A DNA stretch of 64,000 nucleotides. Origin: the human T2T-CHM13v2.0 reference genome, Homo sapiens. The notes beneath the pieces were generated by a model that was given only the letters and a program-made list of their open reading frames with translations, was not told the origin of the DNA and searched no databases. The DNA lies in assembly GCF_009914755.1 (NCBI RefSeq), contig NC_060926.1; one strand, written 5' to 3'. A program made the position numbers and the translations under genes. Shown here piece after piece: positions 38,007 through 51,378 of this stretch; position 1 is the stretch's first letter, and the number at the start of each line of letters is the position of its first letter.

Positions 38007-39583
38007 TGTCACAGGATTCTTCAAGTGTTGCTTTTCCAGCTGGAAACCTCTGTGGCTGTGGGTGCCTTTGCCGGAGTTTTGCTCGGGCCTGCTTGGCTCA
38101 TTCTGCCCACTCAGCCAGGCAGGCTGCCCTTGGTTCTCACTACTGGCCTGGATCCCCCGCCTGCCAAGGGTGAGCCAGGCGCAGAGCAGTGAAGGATGTG
38201 TGGGGCCAGCGAGAATGGAGTCCAGCCACTGCGCACAGCCAGGCACACCAGCTACTGTGACAGGGCGGGCAGCTCCAGGCACTGGCTCCGTGCAAGCCTG
38301 CGGCTGGATCAGATGCACCACAAGCGGCTTCTGCTGTGGGCACCTGCATCTGGATGAAGGGAATGCAGTGGCACCCTGAAGCTTTGAGACACCAGAAACC
38401 GCAAAGCCCCAAAGAAGTTGTCACAGCCCTGTCTTGGGGAGCCCCTAGGTCTGGGCTCCCTGAAGAGCCACAGCTCTTCTCTCCTTATTCCCCCAAGGTG
38501 GTGAGCAGGGGATGGGGAGGCGTGTTTCAGCCCTGTTTGTGTTACAGCTCTTTCAGTCCAGCCATTCAGCAAGTCCCAAGTTCTTGTCCCACACCCAGGA
38601 AAAATGAGGTATGCGGACAACTGGAGGGTGAGCCAGGCAGAGAGGAGTTTTGAGTGACAGAACAGCTCTCAGGAGGCCTGAAGTGGGTAGCTCCTTTCCT
38701 CAGGCAGGTCATCCTGAGGAGTGTCCAGCTCTTAGTGGAGAGGAGACCCACAGTGTGTAGCTCATTTCCGCAGGCAGGTTTTCCCGACTTCTGTATGAGT
38801 CTGGCTGGGGGGGGGGGGGGGGGGGTGGGGTGGGGGGGGGGGTTGGGCTTATAGGCTTAGAAGGGAGGAAGTACTTGCTGATTGGTCCATGGGTGGCCAT
38901 GGCCGGGCCTGGAGAAAGCACCTTAAGTTCTCACTCCCGGCAGCCTCAGATTCCACCAGGAGCTGACAGCCCAGCCCCCAGGCTTCAGGCCATCCCTGGC
39001 TTGAAGATGGGACTTCACTGAGGACCCACCCCTTTCTGCCCAGCAGGCTGTCTGCCTCTTGCCACCATCAACATGTCATCCATGGTCCACTGCGCCCAGG
39101 CTGTTCCTGCCGAGGGACACCTGCAGGCTCACACTGAGCTGCCCTCAGGTCACTGGCCTCCCTCCCGAGATTGTCAGCACCCAAAATCCAGAGGGGGCTG
39201 AGGTGGCAGGCGGCTGGTGTGTCAGCGCTGCCCGGAACTTGCGCATACCCGGGCTGTGACAGTGTCCCGGCTCAGCCACAACTTTGCTCTGCCTGAAGTG
39301 GGTGCTGGGAGTGGAGAGAGGCCAGGGAGCAGAAGCAGGCACTTCCAAGCCCATAGGGGTTTGGGGGTTTCCTGGGCCACTGAGAGCGCAGGGATGCCTG
39401 GGTCCAGAGAGGCGGCTGGGAAACTGCAGCTGCGCGCGGAAGTGAGAGGCTCCTCCTGCCCCCTGACTCGGTGAGGGGGGTGTGACTTCCGCCTGTTCCC
39501 GGCCTGCTGGCTCAGTGGAGTGCGCCAGCTGCGCCTTCCCTGCTGCAGCTCTGGCCTCTCCAGATGGGCCGCCGCTGCCGTCA
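38007..39583 (-). mobile_element. MER52-family ERV1 solo LTR (copy 2), CpG-rich 5' end
   Basis: Termini tgtcacaggattc...gccgctgccgtca; flanks atta/ttta; interrupts the L1 endonuclease coding sequence; collinear with copy 1. Confidence 0.9.
38807..38847 (+). repeat. Poly-G tract G19-T-G4-T-G11-TT-G3
   Basis: Read directly from the sequence. Confidence 0.95.
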
Positions 39584-40179
39584 TTTAAATGATGATAACG
39601 AGAAAAATTATTCAAGAAGATAAAACAATCTTAAATATGTGTGCATCTAACAACAGAGCATCAAAAGGACAGGAGGCAGAAACTGAGAGAACTGAAAGGA
39701 GAAACAGGCAGACATATCCACTACTATAGTTGGAGACTTCAGCACACTTCTATCAGTAATTGCTGGATCAAGCAGGCAGAAAACAAGGATATAGATGACC
39801 TGAACAATAGCTATCAATCAAATTGATCTAATTAATAGTATCGAATTTTCTGCCTGGCAATAGCAGAATATTAATTTTTCTCAGGCTCTCATAGAATATT
39901 CTCCAAGACACAATAAATTCTGTGCTATAAAATACATTATATATACCATACAATTTTGAATAGAAATCATACGAAGTATGTTATGATACCACAATGCAAT
40001 TAAACTAGAGAACAATGAACATTTTTAAAAAACTGGAAAATCTTGAAATCTCTGGAAATTAAACAAAACAGTTCTAAGAACAGGTGAGTCAAAGGAGGCT
40101 CAAAAGAAATTAAAAAAATATGTTCAACTAAATATTAGTGAAAACATAACATCAAAATTTGTGGGATATGGCCACATAT

Positions 40180-40497
40180 GGGCAGGCACAGTGGCTCATG
40201 CCTGCCCAGCACTTTGGGAGGCTGAAGCTGGGGGATCACTTGAGGTCAGGAGTTTGAGGTCAACCTGGCCAACATGGTGAAATCCCGCCTCTACTAAAAA
40301 AAAAGAAAAACTACAAAAATTGTCCAGGTGTGGTGGCACCTGCCTATAATCCCAGCTACTCAGGAGGCTGAGGCAGTAGAATCACTTGAACCTGGGAGGC
40401 AGAGGTTGCAGCGAGCCAAGATCGTGCCACTGCACTGTAGCCTGGGTGACAGAGTGAGACTCTGTCTCAAAAAAATAAAAATAAATAAATAAATAAC
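40180..40497 (+). mobile_element. AluS
   Basis: Full dimer with (TAAA)n tail. Confidence 0.92.
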
Positions 40498-40662
40498 TAA
40501 AAATGTAGAATACCATAAAGCAGTGCTTAAAGGGAAATGTATAGCATAAGTAAATGTATTAAAAGAGAGATTCAAAATGAATAACCTAGACTTCCACCTT
40601 AGGAAAACAGAAGAGCAATTTAAGCCAAAAGTAATCAGGAAAAGAGAAATTTAAAAATTGGG

Positions 40663-40995
40663 CAACTTGGATGCAACTGGAGGCCATTATCATAGGTGAA
40701 TAAATACAGGAACAGAAAACCCAATACCTCATGTTCTCACTTTTAAGTAGGAGCTAAACATTGAGGACACAAGGACATACAGATGGGAACAATAGACACT
40801 GGGGACTACTAGAGACTACTAGAGAAGGGGGGAAGGGGGTGGGGAGGAGGCTGTGGGCTGAAAAACTACCTATCAGGTACTGTGCTCACTGAGTGGATGA
40901 CAAGATCATTTGTACCTCAAACCTCAGCATCACACAATATACTCAGGTAAAAAACATGCCCATGTACCCCCTGAATCTAAAATAAAAGTTGAATT
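40663..40995 (+). mobile_element. Old primate L1 (L1PA16/L1PB-like) 3' end
   Basis: atgttctcacttttaagtaggagcta...catgtaccccctgaatctaaaataaaagttga; flanked by aaaattgg on both sides. Confidence 0.8.
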
Positions 40996-42328
40996 TTTTT
41001 TAAAATTGGAGAAGATGTCAACAAAATTAAAAACAGGAAAACAATGGGGAAAATAAAGCCAAAAGCTATTTCTATGTAAAAATCAACAAAATTGATAAAG
41101 CCCTCACAAGGCTAAGCAAGAAAGAGAGAGAAGACACAAATTACCAATATAACTGATGAAAGAGTTATCACTATAGATTCTGCAGACGTTTAAAGGATGA
41201 TAAAAGGATACTATGAAAACTGTTTTTCATGCAATTTGATAACTTAGATGAAATGAAGCAATTCCTTAAAATATGCAAACTACTGATATTTATAAAAGGA
41301 GAAATAGCACGAGTAGCCCTTTACATATTAAATATTTTGAATTAATGACAACCTTTCCAAAAAAAGGCACCATGCCAAGATGACTTCACAGTCAAAGCTC
41401 CAAAAAGTAACATCAGTGATCCATATTATTTTCCAGTAAGTGAAGGCAGAGGAAATGCTTCTTAACTCATTCTATGAGACCAGAATTCCCTATTACAAAT
41501 ATTACAAATCAGATAAAAATATTACAAGAGAGAAAAACTGCAGATCAATATCTCTCATGAACATATAGGTAAAAATCCTCAACAAAATATTAGAAGGACG
41601 AATCCAACAATGTGTAACAAGAACTATACACCATGGCCAATTAATATTCATTTCACAGATTCAAGGAGGGTTAAGCTTCAAAAATCAATATAATCTTGCA
41701 TATCAATAAATTAAAGAAGAAAAATCATATGATTATACCATTGGATGCAGAAAAAGTATTTTACAAAATTTAAAACTGATTTATGATTTAAAATTTTTTT
41801 AAAAGCCTCTTGTCAAACTAGGAATAAAGCAGATAAAGGACAACCTGATAAAAACATCTATAAAATGCCTACAGATAATATCGCATTTAATGTTGAGAGA
41901 CTGGTTAGTTAGCCTTAATGTTGGGAACAAGGCAAGGTTGTCCTCCTCTCTCACCACTCCTATTCACCCTTGTAGTATGGGTAGTAGCTAATGCAATAAG
42001 ACAAGAAAAAGAAATAAAAGATATATAGATTGGAAAGAAATAAAGTTTATTTTCAGATGACATGATTGTCTACAAAAAAATTCCAAAACATCTGTTAAAA
42101 ACCTCTGAAACTAATAAATAAATACAGCAAGGTCACAGGATGAAGTCCAATATATAATTGTTGCTTAATTATATGTCAGCAATAAACAATTATAATTTGA
42201 AATTTAAAAATAAAAAAATTAATAGTAGCACCTAAAAATAAAATTCTTGGGTATAAATCAAACAAAATATGTACAGGATTTAAGTGTGGAAAATTCTAAA
42301 ACACTGATGAGAGAAATAAAAGATCTAA

Positions 42329-42729
<401 letters not shown>

Positions 42730-45096
42730 TCCAGCAAGCAATTTTATAGATACTGAAAACTAATTCTAAAGTTTATACAGAAAAGCAAAAGACAGAATAG
42801 TCAACATAGAATATTGAATAATAACAGATTGGAATACACACAGTTCTTTAAATGTAGGTTATACATGGTGACTTCCTTCCAAAAATAAAGTATGGAAAGA
42901 TAAAAAAAATGTATAGAATTTTTTCTCCACTTCAGAGTGGAGGAATCTGACAAACACTATCTGAGTCAGGTAATTAAGATTAACATCATCAATGATGACA
43001 GTATGCCTTCTTGATATAATGTAATGAAAATGGTACTTTACCTTGTGAGGTTCTTCCCCAAGCCCCATTTTAATCTTGAGGAAAATATCAGACAAATCCC
43101 ATTTGAAGGGCATTCTACAAAATACCTTACCAGTACTTTTCAAAACTGTCAAACTTATCAAAAACAAGAAAAATCTGAGAAACTGTTATAGTCAGGAGAA
43201 GTCTAAAGAGGCATGATGACTAAATGTAATGTGGCATCCTGATATGGCACTAAAACCAAAAGAGAACATTAGGTAAAAATGACAGAAACGTGAATGAAGT
43301 ATGGACTTCCGTTAAACATAATGCATCCAGCTCGGTTAATTGTAACAAATGTACCATGCTAATGAAAGATGTGAATAATAGGGGAAACTGGGTGTGGAAA
43401 TAGTAAAATATCCTGAGATGGGAGTTGGTGTTGAGCAGGACCATAGCCACTTCATCCTCTAAAACAGGAGAAAAATAAGTATGAACAGAGGTCTTTATTT
43501 TTTTCTTGAAGGAGAGAGTGGGGCAATTCAAGCCAGATTAGCCTAATTCATTTCTCTTTGTGAAGTAGGAGATCACATCATGTGATGGGAAACAATGTCA
43601 AAATGTTGGGCTAATTCAAGTGGGGATGTTTTGGGAAAGACATCAACAGAATGAGAATGAAATTTGCCAGAGGGAATGAAGAAGATCTGAGTGGGTCACT
43701 AAAATTATAATTCTCCAATCTGTCATAGCATTGACTCAGTGATTATATAGTATTCTCTAGGACCTCCAGGTCGATGAATATGAGTGCAGCATTGGCAAAT
43801 TGCAGGACTGAGTGCTGGCTGGAAATTTGTAGGGCCAATGTAGCAGAAAGAGGGGCAAGGAAGTCAATTGAGATTTTGGGTGGGAGAATTTTTTAGGAAA
43901 TCAGCTTGGAGTGGAGATGAAGACCATTAGAGGTGATGAGGTAGAGGAACCAGTAGGTTTAGATGAATAGATCATATACAGCAATCTCCTAGGCTGATGC
44001 TAGGGGTTGGCAAAGAATTACGGTAATGTGGGTGAGAGTTGGCGTGGTTTAACTCCATAGCTATTTTTTTAAAAATTTTCTCGAATTTCTTCAATCCCAC
44101 TTAAATACAGTAACTAATCTGCATCGCAAAGCCTTCTACTTCTCTTATATTTTAGTATACGCTTGGCTGCATTTTAGATGACATACTCATATTCTAATTT
44201 TTCTAGGAATTCAGTAGGATTTAAAGGCTATGATGAAAGATAGTCTTGGCTTTGTGAGGATATCAGCTAAAACAAGTTAATAAAAAATTCTGGATGATCC
44301 ATTTTTCTACATATTATACTTTGACAGAATTATTAGTGAATCCTGGAGTAAAGCACATTCTGTTGGCTCATGTAGAATAAATTCAAAATATGAGAAATTT
44401 AAAATGTTTTGTGTCTACACATAACCTGAATATAATTAAGGCCATTTCTAGAAATGATAAGATATACAACAGAAACTATTGACCCAAGTTGTTCTATTCC
44501 TTATAAGTTGGATCTGGATATGGATTGGTATAGTACTAACAATGCTCTTAAATACTGATGCAAGTTAGAATACTGAGCTTTAAGATGTAGTACTTGGAGT
44601 TGTAGAAGGGTGTAATGCAAAAGGAAAACAGAAGTTAAGCATGCATGTGGCAGACAGATGTTTAAGATAAGAGTCAGAAAATCTGAATTCCGTGCTCTGA
44701 TTATTAAAGTCCTGCTTGGCCCTGAGTGACACTCAGGGTTGTAGTTCCATGACTCATAAATTAAGAGGATTGAAGAAAGTCATATCTTAGATCCTTCCTA
44801 ACTATGAAATTCTATTACTTTTCTATGTCAAAAGCATATATTGCTTGTTTTTAAAAAATACTCGAAATGCCTGCATTTAATTTTTTTTGGCACCTTAATG
44901 AACCAATATATTACAATGATACAGACAAATCAGTGCCACAGTTGCACCAATCTTTATTAGCTTTCAAATCCAATCTAGACTTGCAATTATTTCATTCCAT
45001 CTCTAAGTTCTTTGTATTGAGGCAGAAAAATGAAAACAAACTCTTTGAACAATGCTAGATCTTTCTGGAGAAGAGATGTTAAGAATGTAGATACGA

Positions 45097-45559
<463 letters not shown>

Positions 45560-48500
45560 CTACAAGGCTCTGGTTCTGCTCTTGCTTCTGGCAGCAGATC
45601 CAGTTTTCCATTATGGGTGGGGCATACACTAGCAAACATAGCTTTCATCCTGCTTCATCTCACTGTGTGAATGGAAGCTTCAATTTGAGAATTTTCCAGC
45701 TTTATACCAGAAATGTCATCACTCTCTCACCTTTTTTCTTCAAGACTTTAATCTGTTAAGTAAATAAGCAAACTGGTTCCAATATTGAAGCTTGTGACAT
45801 TTGGCCAGTCACTCATCTCTAGGCTGAGTTGCTTCCTTACCCTCTGTGCCTTAGCCAGGCTATTGCTATCATATCAAAGGATCTTATCCTTTAGTCCATA
45901 TTTATTAACCTTCTGGGTAAATTCTTTATATAGTGTTTAATCAGCAGCCTTTTGTAAAGTGTAAGTAAATTACAGACCACTTATCTGGGGGCAATCATCT
46001 GCCATTTTTCAGAGGAAACCAATTGGATTTCTTTTAAAATTGTTGGTAGAATGGGCCCATACAGGATACACTTAATTTAATCGCCTATTTTTGGTTGTTC
46101 TTTTATTACAAGTATGAATAGAATTTCTAGACTGCTATATACTTTCCTTTCTGCTGATGACTTGATAGTGGTCTGAAAAGCATGCATTTGGTGAGGGTCA
46201 GTCATGAAATAGTGCCTCCTAATTTCTATATTCACAGAAAGCACTTGGCAATTAAATTCCTTGGAAAGTCTTTAAACCTCTCCTCTGTTTCACAGGTCAC
46301 TGTGTCATTCAACAGAGAAAAGCACTGTAGCAGTTTTATAGGATGGCAGAGGAAGGAGCCACTCTTACAGGGAAGAGAGCAGAGAACATTGGCTAAAGCA
46401 AATGTTAATGGCTTAATGGAGTTTTATACACTCAGCACCTTTGGTACTGAGATGTCCAGTAAAATCATTTGCTCCAGTTTTCTGAGGTTATTAGAAAGCT
46501 TTGGATTCTGTACTCTAAGAAACTTGATAGAGGCATTAAATATTTGATCAAATTAATTCATATGTTGCTCCTTTCTTTCTAGCAGTCTCTGAGCGTGTGC
46601 TGGGTGGCTATGTGCGAGGGGCTACCCTAAGCAATAAATTGTCTGGCCTGCTCATTTATTCCTCTGTGCGGAAGATTAGTACCATTTTGGGAACAGAGAT
46701 GGTAAAGTCAAGAACTCCGTTGGAATTTGGGGAAGAATTGTTCTTATGTTTTTCTAATTTTCTTATAGAGCGACAAAGAATATTGTATATGACTCTCATT
46801 TTGGATTAGATCAGTCTGACATTCTGAGAAATATAAAAGTATTATAGCATTTTTAACTTTCAGTACAATAGTGCTGAATATTTTCCTGCACTGCACACCA
46901 TTCTTAAACAGCTTCTCTTCTGACAAAAAGATGTATCTTGCAGCCCTAAATCAGCCTCTGACTGATGCTGACTTAATAATGGCATGAAGCCACAATTTTA
47001 TTAGCTTTGAAATGGAGGAACCCCAAATAATTCATCATGATGTTATGAATTTAATTTCTTTTATTTTGCTCACAATGGCTGACAGAAAGCAGTCAGATAC
47101 TCAGAACTACAGTAGAGCAATCATTTCCCCCTGGAATGATTACAACTCACAATTTAAATATATATGAACACATCTAGAAATAGTTTTGAAAATTAAGAAT
47201 CTATATCTTCATCCTTTCAGCAAGTTTACTGGCCGCTTTCATGTCCTCTTTATTTTCCCCTTCTATTCCACCTTTTGACACTGGCCTTAGGAAGGAAGGA
47301 CATAGGCTTTTGGTCTTTCAGGAATTAAATTTGGAGACTTTTCACAAATATTACTTGTGATTACTATGAAATCCACAAGATAAGCTGCCACCTTATTAAA
47401 TTATCTGAGGAAAGCCCCAGCTTTTTAAATCTTCTTGACTGATTTTCTTTATATTCATCAAAATTTCTTTTAGATTTGGACATGGGTGAGATGCTTTTCT
47501 TGATTGTCTTAACCAGTGGCTGACTGGAGATATCGATTAATGCTCCTCCACTATTTTGCATGTTGGGTGTTTTTCTTCCCCTCTAAGCTCCTTCATCGGT
47601 TTTAACTATGTTTTAGCTTTTTCACCTCTAGCTAATGGAGATACTCCCAGGAATGTAGGCCGATGACATACAGGCTGGAATGGTGCCAGCAGACGCATTA
47701 GGTTTCTTCTCTCACCCCAAACCAATTGTCTCGAGTTTTCAAATGAGAATTTTGAAATTTGAACTCAGTTTAAAAAATAGAGGCAAATTAGCTCTAGAGT
47801 GTAGAGAGTTTGCATCTTTCTTGGTTTCTCACATTTATCCTTTTCTGGGGAGAGTTTACAGATGGAAAAGTGATATGATACTGATGTCAGTATGGAACAG
47901 GATTCTTATTTGAGCATGATCAAAGTCATGTTGTTTAAAGATTTTGCACTGCCTTTGCATCTTATTCTTAAGAGCATAATAAAACAGCTTAATATAATTT
48001 ACAGAAAGTTTAATAGACATCAGAATAGACTATTGGGATTCTAGCCTAAATGTATATACTCATAACAGCATAGATATCCTTCAGTTAACAGAATAGGGTT
48101 TTCAAAATTTATCTTGTGGAATAAATGACAAAAACACATAATTTTTCAGCTGTTACGTTTATTTTTTTCTTATTTATTATTCTCTTAGCAAAGGAACCAC
48201 AGAGCTGGTTCATAATTAGGATTATTTAGACATTTAAATATTGCCATTTTTATCTGGCTATGATTTTCTTGAATTTCAAAACAGCATATTTTTCCTAGCT
48301 GGGGATAAAAGGAAAATTTACCTCTTCTTTAAGCAGAGGTCCCACCAAGAAAGGGATGTTTAATTTAGTGGTCAAATTAGATTGGTTTCAGCATCTGTAC
48401 TTGTAATCCTTGAGGGCCTGACCCTTGGAGACGATCTTGTCTCCCGATTGCATATGCCTTCTTATTTTTTGTGGTGCTGAGTGGCGGTTTTGAACTGCTG

Positions 48501-48979
48501 GAAAAAGAAATGTGAAAACGTGCACTGACCCTTGTCAATGCTCAGGAAGGATGTCAGAATAACATTAACCTTTCTTTTCAAGTTGAGCACCTGTTTTGTT
48601 TCTGTTTTGTTTTCAAATCAATTTCTATGCAACACAAATAAGTACTTTCATGTGTTCAGGAATGAATAGATTTTAGTAAAATAATCCATGGTGAAGACTT
48701 AGAAAATGATATCCATCATGCATAGCACTGAGAATGGGTTGCAAGGTCAGGAAACCTAAACCTTAAATTAACATCTGCATAAAGCAAGCTATTTAAAAAC
48801 CATATATTCACTGATATTTTATAAATTCTTGGAGCCTGCTAAGAGAGAGGTTAATTGTCATTGTCATGTGGTACCTTCTAGGTGAAAGTGTTTCATTTCT
48901 ATTATTTCTTTGGTAGAAATGCTACTAAAGTGAGTTTGCTTGTTTTATTTATAGCCTTCTTCTTTTAGAACACACTCAC

Positions 48980-49048
48980 CACAGTGAAAGTCCAGTTATA
49001 ATTTAAGACCTCGCTATAATTTCAGAGAATCTTAATCTATCTGCTCTC
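48980..49048 (-). ncRNA. Candidate non-coding exon (69 nt)
   Basis: Acceptor aatttccttacag|G and donor GTG|gtgagt; all frames closed. Confidence 0.3.
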
Positions 49049-49529
49049 CTGTAAGGAAATTCATTGATCTCTGCAGTGAGTTGTATAATAGAAAAGTGAC
49101 AATGCTCATAGTCATCAGCTCACTGGTGACTCATTCTGAGATGCTGGAGAAAGGCCTGAAGGTAGTAACTGAGGGGACTGGCTGACAGATTCTCAATATT
49201 TGGAATGTGGCTCTACCACTTAACGCTCTTAATCTGCTACACCAACAGTACATTGTCTTTCTTGGCAGCACTGGCCAGCTACCCTATGTTGAGGAGGCTC
49301 ATTCTGAACCAGTGGCTCCAGGAGACTCTTCTCAACTCAAGTTCTCACCAGCTTAGTGCTGTAGTTCACAGTGGTCTCCTTTACTGGTTGGGATCCCAGG
49401 GCTGCTCCCATCCATTATGTCTCTTTGAAAAAGATGCTTATAAAAGCCTTTCATTTGTGACTCCAACAAGTCACCTGTATCCCTTGACCTGTAGAATAGT
49501 TTCTGGATGGTACACAGTCAGCACTAATC

Positions 49530-49950
49530 AGAAATTAGAAACCGTGGCTCTCACACTACATCTGGCCTACAAATACACTTTTTGTTTGGCTTTTAGAGTG
49601 TGAAATATTTTTGAATTAGTTTATAAGATTTAAAAATTAGAAGCTTCCACGTTAAAACTTTAAAGTCTAAAATCATTTTGCCTTCCTTGAAAAATAAAAA
49701 TTATTGCAAAATCAGAAGTTGGCATGGTTCTTACATGGCCACCATATTTCAGTGGTGAGTGGCAATTGCTTCCTTTACACAGGTCATATTCTCTCCAGCC
49801 TTCCACAGATCCCATACTTCTTAGGATTCTACTTGTGTTAATATTTTTTATTCCTATAGACATTCACATATATGTAGGACTTCTGCCTAAAACTCTATCT
49901 ATCTAGAGGATAGTTCACAGGCTCTCAGCCTGCAGACCCATTCGTGCCTT
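49530..49950. mobile_element. MER102-like hAT DNA transposon relic
   Basis: tgagtggcaattgcttcctttacacaggtcatattctctccagccttccacag resembles the recalled MER102 consensus. Confidence 0.4.
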
Positions 49951-51378
49951 TAGAGCTATTCTCAATATAATAATACCTTATTTTTAAAAAAAAAAACTGC
50001 TTGTAGTTCAATGGTCTATTTATCTGTGATCTATGATCTATTTATCTATCTATTGCATTATGTGGATTATGACTTTAATATAAACCTACTATTCCTGAAC
50101 TACTTAAATTCCTAAACTACTTTTTATGTATGAGCCAATGTAAAAAGAACGCAGTCAGACTTAGGGGCAAATAATATATTTACATTAAATGAAGGCTAAA
50201 TGCCATGTAATAGTCTCTGCATGAGGCTTCATAGTAACTTAATTTGAAAGAGAAGATGGCAGAAATGAATCATCACCTGACATTAGGTTTGTAGCAGGTC
50301 TTAGGAGAACCTGCCCAGAAGCAGTCAATGCCGTGTTTCCTTGGAGGGCAGAAATTTATTTCCAGCAAAATAACATTAACTGCCACATTATATTAATTTT
50401 GCTAACTAGAATTATATTTGTATGTAGTTTCTATTTAATGTATACATTTAGTTGGGTTCTACAGATGTTTAAGAATAGTTACAAAAATGTATAAAAGAAG
50501 CTTATAACTAATTTCATGGTAGTACAATTTAAGTCACATAATTTAAGCCATGGTTCAGGAAAATAAACACTTTTAAAAAGGGTTTACTGAATTCTCAAAT
50601 TTGAAAACCTCTATTTTGATGTCATTGATTAAATTGCCTTCTCTTTATGTAGCATTAGGATTTGGTTTGCTTGATTTGAGAAGGGGTTGCATTCCATGCA
50701 TTTGGGTCTCTACCCTGAAGCCCAGCCCAGGAGATAGGCACCAGCTGCAGAACAGGCCTGAGTTAACAAAGACAGACATGAGAAGAGTATGGATGAAGGC
50801 CAAATCTTGGGAGTTGGGAGGAAGCCACAGAAGTAATGATCAAAACTAGGCTGCAGAGTTGAATTTAGGATTTAGGTCATATGAAAGGCAATCAGTGAGA
50901 GCAGGGCTGTGGCATCCTGGGCAGCTGTTTGGTACTCTAGCTGGTCCCACCTTTATGGGTGTGAGAAGAATGCCATGTCACTGGAGTAGCCTGGCTAAAA
51001 AACAATGGAGATCCGCAGATAGACACAATGATGTTATTAGCAGGCTCTTCAGTGGAAATTCTTCTCAGGGACTAATTTAAATCCCCAAGAATTACATTAG
51101 TAAGCATCTCAAGGGAATACCATAATATCATCTACATAAGGATATTTTTTCATCTGTCTGCCTCCAAAGCATGGGTCTACTGAGCCTCATGTATTACATG
51201 TGCTCTCATATTTCCTTAAGGAGGACCTTACTGAGCTTTATGATTAGAATGCAGCACATTGTCCTGAGGTCACTTATTTCTCTCTTCACATCTAATTTTG
51301 AAAGGTCACTGGACCACAAAATAATCCTGACTATCTCATAATTGTCTGAGCCAGGCATATAAGGCTAAATTTCAATTA

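Noticed and set aside
37912-39615. ORF cluster up to 156 aa
   Set aside because: Inside MER52 copy 2; same compositional artefact.
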